From: an uncultured delta proteobacterium
GTDB lineage: Bacteria > Myxococcota > Myxococcia > SLRQ01
Length of the DNA stretch: 64,000 nt
Direction of reading: 5' to 3'
Assembly: GCA_963727485.1 (NCBI GenBank)
Contig: CAVSGM010000002.1
Coordinates: forward strand, 192,001-256,000
A program made the translations under genes and the position numbers. Shown in pieces: positions 59,334 to 64,000 of the stretch (its first letter is position 1; each line of letters starts with the position of its first letter). The notes under the pieces are model-generated. The model saw only the letters and a program-made list of their open reading frames with translations, made no database searches and was not told where the DNA came from.

Positions 59334-60900
59334 TCAGCGTGCGGCCTGGCGCGGCTCCTCGAGGCCGTACTTCTCACACTTCGCGATGAGGTTCGAGCGG
59401 CTCACGCCCAGCTCGCGCGCGAGGCGCGACTTGTTCCAGTGGGTGCGGATGAGCCCCTGGTGGATCATCTCCCGCTCCAGGGCCTCGACGGCGTGCTTGA
59501 GCTTGCCGGTGGTCTTGATGGGGCTGACCCCCTTGGGCGTCCCCACCGCGTCGCGGATCCGGGGGCTGACCAGGTCGACCCCGAGCTCGCCGTCGTCGGC
59601 GCCGAGGACCAGGAGCCGCTCGAATCTCGTTCTCGAGCTCGCGGATGTTCCCGGGCCAGTCGTAGGTGCCCAGCAGCTCGAGGCACTCGCGCGCGAGGGT
59701 CCGGGCGTCGCCGTTGCCGTGCTTGCGCAGGAAGTGCTCCACCAGCAGGGGGATGTCGTCGCGGCGCTCGCGCAGGGCCGGGACGTCGATCTTGATGACG
59801 TTGATCCGGTAGTAGAGGTCCTCGCGGAACTCGCCGGCCTCGACCATCTTGGCCAGGTCCTTGTGGGTGGCGGCGATGACCCGGACGTCGACCTCCCTGG
59901 CGGAGGTCCCGCCCACCGGCGTGAAGGTGCCCTCCTGGAGCACCCGGAGGAGCTTGACCTGGAGGGTGGGGGACATGTCCCCGACCTCGTCGAGGAAGAA
60001 GGTCCCGCCGTCGGCGACCTCGAAGAGGCCCTTCTTGTCCTTGATGGCGCCGGTGAACGCGCCCTTCACGTGACCGAAGAGGGCGCTCTCCAGGAGGTTG
60101 TCGTTGAACGCCGAGCAGTTCTGGACCACGAACGCCTTGTCCTTGCGCGGCCCGTTGTAGTGGATGGCCCGGGCGACCAGCTCCTTGCCGGTGCCGCTCT
60201 CCCCGTGGACCAGGACCGTGGAGTCGGAGTTGCACACCTTCTCCAGGACCCGGTAGACGTCCTGCATCGCCTGGCTGGAGCCGATGATGGACTCGAAGCG
60301 GTAGCGCTCGGAGAGCTCGTCGGAGAGGTGCTGGATCTCCCGGTCGCGCTTGCCCATCTCCAGCTCGAAGGCGGCAATCTCGTCGGCGCCGAACTCGAGG
60401 AGGTCGCAGAGCTTCTCCACGCCCTCCGGGGGGATCACCGGGAGCCGCTGGACGGCCCGGTCGAGGTCGGTGGCCCCGGGGTTGAGCACCCGGATCCGCG
60501 AGCTGGCCTGCTCGACCTGCCGCTCGGTGAGATCCTCCCGGAGGAAGCCACCGACGAACATGAAGCCCTTGTACTCGGAGGCCACCACGATGGGGCAGCC
60601 GACGATGGTGAACCCCAGGTGGCAGTCGTGGAAGAGGCAGCGCCTGGGCTTCTTGCTGGCGCGGAACTTGTCGCCGACGAACTTCACCGACTCGTTGCAG
60701 CGCCGAAAGCCCTCCTTGGAGAAGAGCGAGAGGCGGCAGAAGTCGTTGTTCGGGGGGATGATCTGGCCGTTGGCGTGCTCGAGGACGTAGCCGGTCTTGT
60801 CGGCGAAGGCGAGCTCGAGGCCCCACCACTTGCGGATCACGTCCCGCAGCATGATGATGGTGTGCAGGTTCTGGTAGCGCTCGTACTCCTGCAACGCCAT
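59334..60900 (-). CDS. Second sigma54-dependent enhancer-binding protein with PocR-like domain (frameshift near 59622)
   Basis: NDFC..RRC..DCHLG, GESGTGKE, GHVKGAFTGA, WPGNIREL; HTH (HWNKSRLARELGVSRSNL) in the next frame. Confidence 0.92.
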
Positions 60901-61081
60901 GCTCTTTCTCCTCCCGGGACGGCCAGCGGTAAGGCGCCCCTTGGTGACTTGACCTGACCGGCGACACCCCACCGCCGGCTGCACAGAATCAGGACAATCC
61001 TACCGGCCCGATGTAGACAATCGCAAGGCACGATTGTCCTGATCCAGGGCAGACGCCGCCACCGAGGAGCGTTCCAAGACC

Positions 61082-62065
61082 ATGTCCGCCGTCGATCCGA
61101 TCCACCGCCACGTCCCGGCCCCGGTGGCCCACCGGCTCGGGGATCGCCCGGGGGTGACCATCCTCGGCCTCCGGGACGTCCTCCGGGGGCTCGAGGGCTC
61201 CGGGCGGGTGCTCCTGGTGGCGGTGTGCGAGTCGCCCCTGGCGGTGGCACCCATCCTCCGGGCCGCCCGGGAGCTCGACGCGGTGGTGGGGCTGGCCCCG
61301 GCGCTGCCCGAGACCGGACCCCGGGATCGCCACGCCTTCTTCGAGACCGTGTGCCGCGCCGCCGAGGAGACCGGGCACCGGCGGGCGGTGGTCACCGTGT
61401 CGCCGCCGGTGGCCCTCGGGCGCCCCGAGGACGCCGAGACCGTCGCCGAGCAAATCTACGGCCGGGTCGACGCCGGGTTCTCGCACGTGCCCCTGGACGT
61501 GTCGGCCCTCAATCCCGCGCGCGCCGCGCCCACCATCCGCCGGGCCGCCGAGGCCCTCCTCGACCTGGAGCTGGGCCTGGATCTGCGCCTGGCCCCGGGG
61601 CAGGAGGACGCCGCCGGGGAGCTCGCCGCGGGCCTCAAGCTCCTGGGGGTCGAGGTCGACCTGGTGGGCGTCGCCGGCGAGGAGGGCGTGGGCCTCGCGG
61701 TGGTCGCCAGCGAGGTGGACCCGGTGGGGGTGAGCTGGGCCGAGGGGGACGACGACGCCGACTTCCGGGGCGGGCTGCGCAACGCCGTGGGCGCCGGGGT
61801 GCGCCTGGTGAGCCTGCGCTCGCCGTTCACCCGCCAGGTCCTCGCGGGCCTGCCGCCGGCCCTCGCCCGGTCCCTCGAGGCCGGCGCCGGGACCCGGGGC
61901 AGCATCGCCGCCGCGCTCCAGGACCGGGGCGACGAGCTTGCGGCCCTCGACGCCGAGGCCGTGGACCGGGTCGAGGCCCGGGTCCACGCCGAGGCCGAGG
62001 AGCTCCTCCGCCTCCTGCGCCTCGACGGGGCCCACCGCCTGCTCCGGGACCGCCTGCTGGGCTGA
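61082..62065 (+). CDS. Hypothetical protein, possibly a degenerate class II aldolase-like TIM barrel
   Basis: PILRAARELDAVVGL and DAGFSHVPLDVS recall class II FBP/tagatose aldolases, but the metal-binding His motifs are not evident. Confidence 0.55.
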   Translation: MSAVDPIHRHVPAPVAHRLGDRPGVTILGLRDVLRGLEGSGRVLLVAVCESPLAVAPILRAARELDAVVGLAPALPETGPRDRHAFFETVCRAAEETGHRRAVVTVSPPVALGRPEDAETVAEQIYGRVDAGFSHVPLDVSALNPARAAPTIRRAAEALLDLELGLDLRLAPGQEDAAGELAAGLKLLGVEVDLVGVAGEEGVGLAVVASEVDPVGVSWAEGDDDADFRGGLRNAVGAGVRLVSLRSPFTRQVLAGLPPALARSLEAGAGTRGSIAAALQDRGDELAALDAEAVDRVEARVHAEAEELLRLLRLDGAHRLLRDRLLG

Positions 62066-62069
62066 CGCC

Positions 62070-62630
62070 ATGCGCATCATCGGCGGCAGCGCCCGGGGGC
62101 GGCCGCTTCGCGCCCCCAAGGGAACCGGGACCCGGCCCACCCTCGACCGGGTGCGCCAGAGCCTCTTCGACGTCCTGGGGCAGCGCTGCGACGGCCTGGC
62201 GGTCCTGGACCTCTTCGCCGGGACCGGGGCCCTGGGCCTCGAGGCCGTCAGCCGGGGGGCGGCGCGGGCGGTGCTGGTGGAGCAGGGGCGGCCGGCGCTC
62301 GCGGCCCTGGCGCACAACCTCGAGACCCTGGGCTTCGGGGACCGGGCGACGGTGGTCCCGGGCGACGCCCTGAACCTCGCCGGCCTCGCCGGGGCCCTGG
62401 GCCCCTTCGACCTGGTCCTCGCCGACCCGCCCTACGTCCTGGGGGTGGCGAAGGTCCTGGAGGCCCTCGCCGCGGCCCCCGGCCTCCTCGTCGAAGACGC
62501 CCGCGTCGTGGTAGAACACGCCCGGCGCGACCCCGCCCCCGAGCGGGTGGGGACGCTCCTCCACCGCGACACCCGCCGGTACGGCGACACCATGGTGAGC
62601 TTCTACACAGCGCAGGGAGCGACGACATGA
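62070..62630 (+). CDS. rsmD: 16S rRNA m2G966 methyltransferase
   Basis: [42 protein letters not shown]; rsmD-coaD order. Confidence 0.95.
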   Translation: MRIIGGSARGRPLRAPKGTGTRPTLDRVRQSLFDVLGQRCDGLAVLDLFAGTGALGLEAVSRGAARAVLVEQGRPALAALAHNLETLGFGDRATVVPGDALNLAGLAGALGPFDLVLADPPYVLGVAKVLEALAAAPGLLVEDARVVVEHARRDPAPERVGTLLHRDTRRYGDTMVSFYTAQGATT

Positions 62631-63103
62631 AGGTGGCCATCTACCCCGGGTCCTTCGATCCCCTGACCAACGGCCACGTGAACATCGTCGAGCGTGGGCT
62701 GGCGGTCTTCGACAAGCTCATCGTCGCCGTCGCCAGCAACCCCCGCAAGAGCCCGATGTTCTCCGTGGCCGAGCGCCGCGCCATCCTCGAGGAGGCGCTG
62801 ACCGCCGATGGCCGCGTCGAGGTCGACGACTTCGAGGGGCTCCTGGTCGACTACTGCAAGCAGCGCGGCGTCCCCCTCGTCCTCCGGGGCCTCCGCGCCG
62901 TCTCCGACTTCGAGTACGAGCTGCAGATGGCCAACATGAACCGCAAGCTGGCCCCGGACATCGAGACCGTCTTCATGATGACCGGCGAGGAGCACTTCTA
63001 CATCTCCAGCCAGTTCGTCCGCGAGGTCATCAAGTTCGGCGGTGACGTGAGCGCGCTCGTCCCCGAGTGCGTCACCCGCCGCCTCAAGGAGCGTGAGTCG
63101 TGA
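62627..63103 (+). CDS. coaD: Phosphopantetheine adenylyltransferase
   Basis: [28 protein letters not shown] and ISSQFVRE. Confidence 0.97.
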   Translation: MKVAIYPGSFDPLTNGHVNIVERGLAVFDKLIVAVASNPRKSPMFSVAERRAILEEALTADGRVEVDDFEGLLVDYCKQRGVPLVLRGLRAVSDFEYELQMANMNRKLAPDIETVFMMTGEEHFYISSQFVREVIKFGGDVSALVPECVTRRLKERES

Positions 63104-64000
63104 TCCGCCTCTCCCGGCGCGCCGCCGCCGTCAAGCCGTCCGCCACCCTCGCCACCGCCGCCAAGGCCCGGGCCCTCAAGGCCAAGGGCGTCGACGTGGT
63201 CCTCTTCGGGACCGGTGAGCCCGACTTCGACACCCCGGACCACATCAAGATCGCCGCGGTGAAGGGCCTGCGCGAGGGTCGCACCCACTACCCGCCGCTC
63301 TCGGGGATCCCCGAGCTGAAGAGCGCCATCCAGGACCGCCTCCAGGTCGACCACGGGCTGTCCTTCGGGCTCTCGGAGATCCTGGTCACCATCGGCGCCA
63401 AGCAGGCCCTCTACAACCTCTGCCAGGCCGTCCTCGACGAGGGCGACCAGGCGGTGATCCCCGGGCCCTACTGGGTGAGCTACCCGGACATGGTGACGCT
63501 GGCCGGCGCCGAGCCGGTCCACGTCCCCTCGGATCCCGCCGCGGGCTTCGTCCCCCGGGCCGAGGACCTCGAGGCGGCGATCACCGGCCACACCCGCCTG
63601 CTCTTCCTCAACTCGCCCTCGAACCCCACGGGCATCCTCTACCCGCACGGGGCCCTCGAGGCCATCGCCGAGGTGGTCCGCCGGCACCCGCAGATCGTCG
63701 TCGTCTCCGACGACATCTACGAGAAGCTCATCTACGACGGGCAGAAGTTCGAGAACCTGCTCATGGTCGCCCCGGATCTACGCGACCGCATCGTGCTGGT
63801 GAACGGCGTCTCCAAGAGCTACGCCATGACCGGCTGGCGCCTGGGCTGGGCCGCGGGGCCCCCGGACGTCATCGCGGCGATGCAGCGGATCCAGGGCCAG
63901 AGCACCAGCGGCGCCACCAGCTTCGCCCAGCTCGGCGCGGTGGCGGCGCTCACCGGCGACCAGAAGGTGGTCGCCGACTTCCTCGCCGAGTTCGACACGC
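63100..64000 (+). CDS. PLP-dependent class I aminotransferase, aspartate aminotransferase-like (partial, runs off the window)
   Basis: GTG overlapping the coaD stop; [30 protein letters not shown] and [12 protein letters not shown]. Confidence 0.93.
   Translation, partial: MIRLSRRAAAVKPSATLATAAKARALKAKGVDVVLFGTGEPDFDTPDHIKIAAVKGLREGRTHYPPLSGIPELKSAIQDRLQVDHGLSFGLSEILVTIGAKQALYNLCQAVLDEGDQAVIPGPYWVSYPDMVTLAGAEPVHVPSDPAAGFVPRAEDLEAAITGHTRLLFLNSPSNPTGILYPHGALEAIAEVVRRHPQIVVVSDDIYEKLIYDGQKFENLLMVAPDLRDRIVLVNGVSKSYAMTGWRLGWAAGPPDVIAAMQRIQGQSTSGATSFAQLGAVAALTGDQKVVADFLAEFDT

Overview
High-GC chromosomal window whose gene content and synteny (Oar-type TonB receptor, PocR-domain sigma54 activators, giant TPR protein, Myxococcus-type LexA box) point to a myxobacterium or related deltaproteobacterium. 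Most of it is housekeeping: pyrR-pyrB-pyrC-carA, a TonB/ExbB/ExbD/ExbD plus TonB-dependent receptor locus, carB-greA-recG-thrC, class II ribonucleotide reductase, tmk, hutH, lysC, a UvrD/PcrA helicase, an Hsp70 paralog, tRNA-Val(CAC), lexA and rsmD-coaD-aminotransferase. About 15 genes carry single-base frameshifts, mostly +1 insertions, which look like long-read assembly errors. The notable region is 46.9-55.2 kb, just downstream of tRNA-Val. A radical SAM/SPASM maturase is followed by a 22-aa peptide gene missed by the ORF track (MVKKPLNKRNRKRIPCDALAGF), with its own RBS and terminator. After it come a frameshift-hidden family-5 (peptide-binding) solute-binding lipoprotein coupled to a Cache/HAMP histidine kinase, and a convergent NtrC-type sigma54 activator. 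The maturase and a divergent small-protein/kinase operon each have a sigma54 promoter, and six GGCTC-N6-GAGCC-type palindromes lie between them. My inference is a RiPP-based autoinducing (quorum-sensing-like) circuit; no database search was possible.
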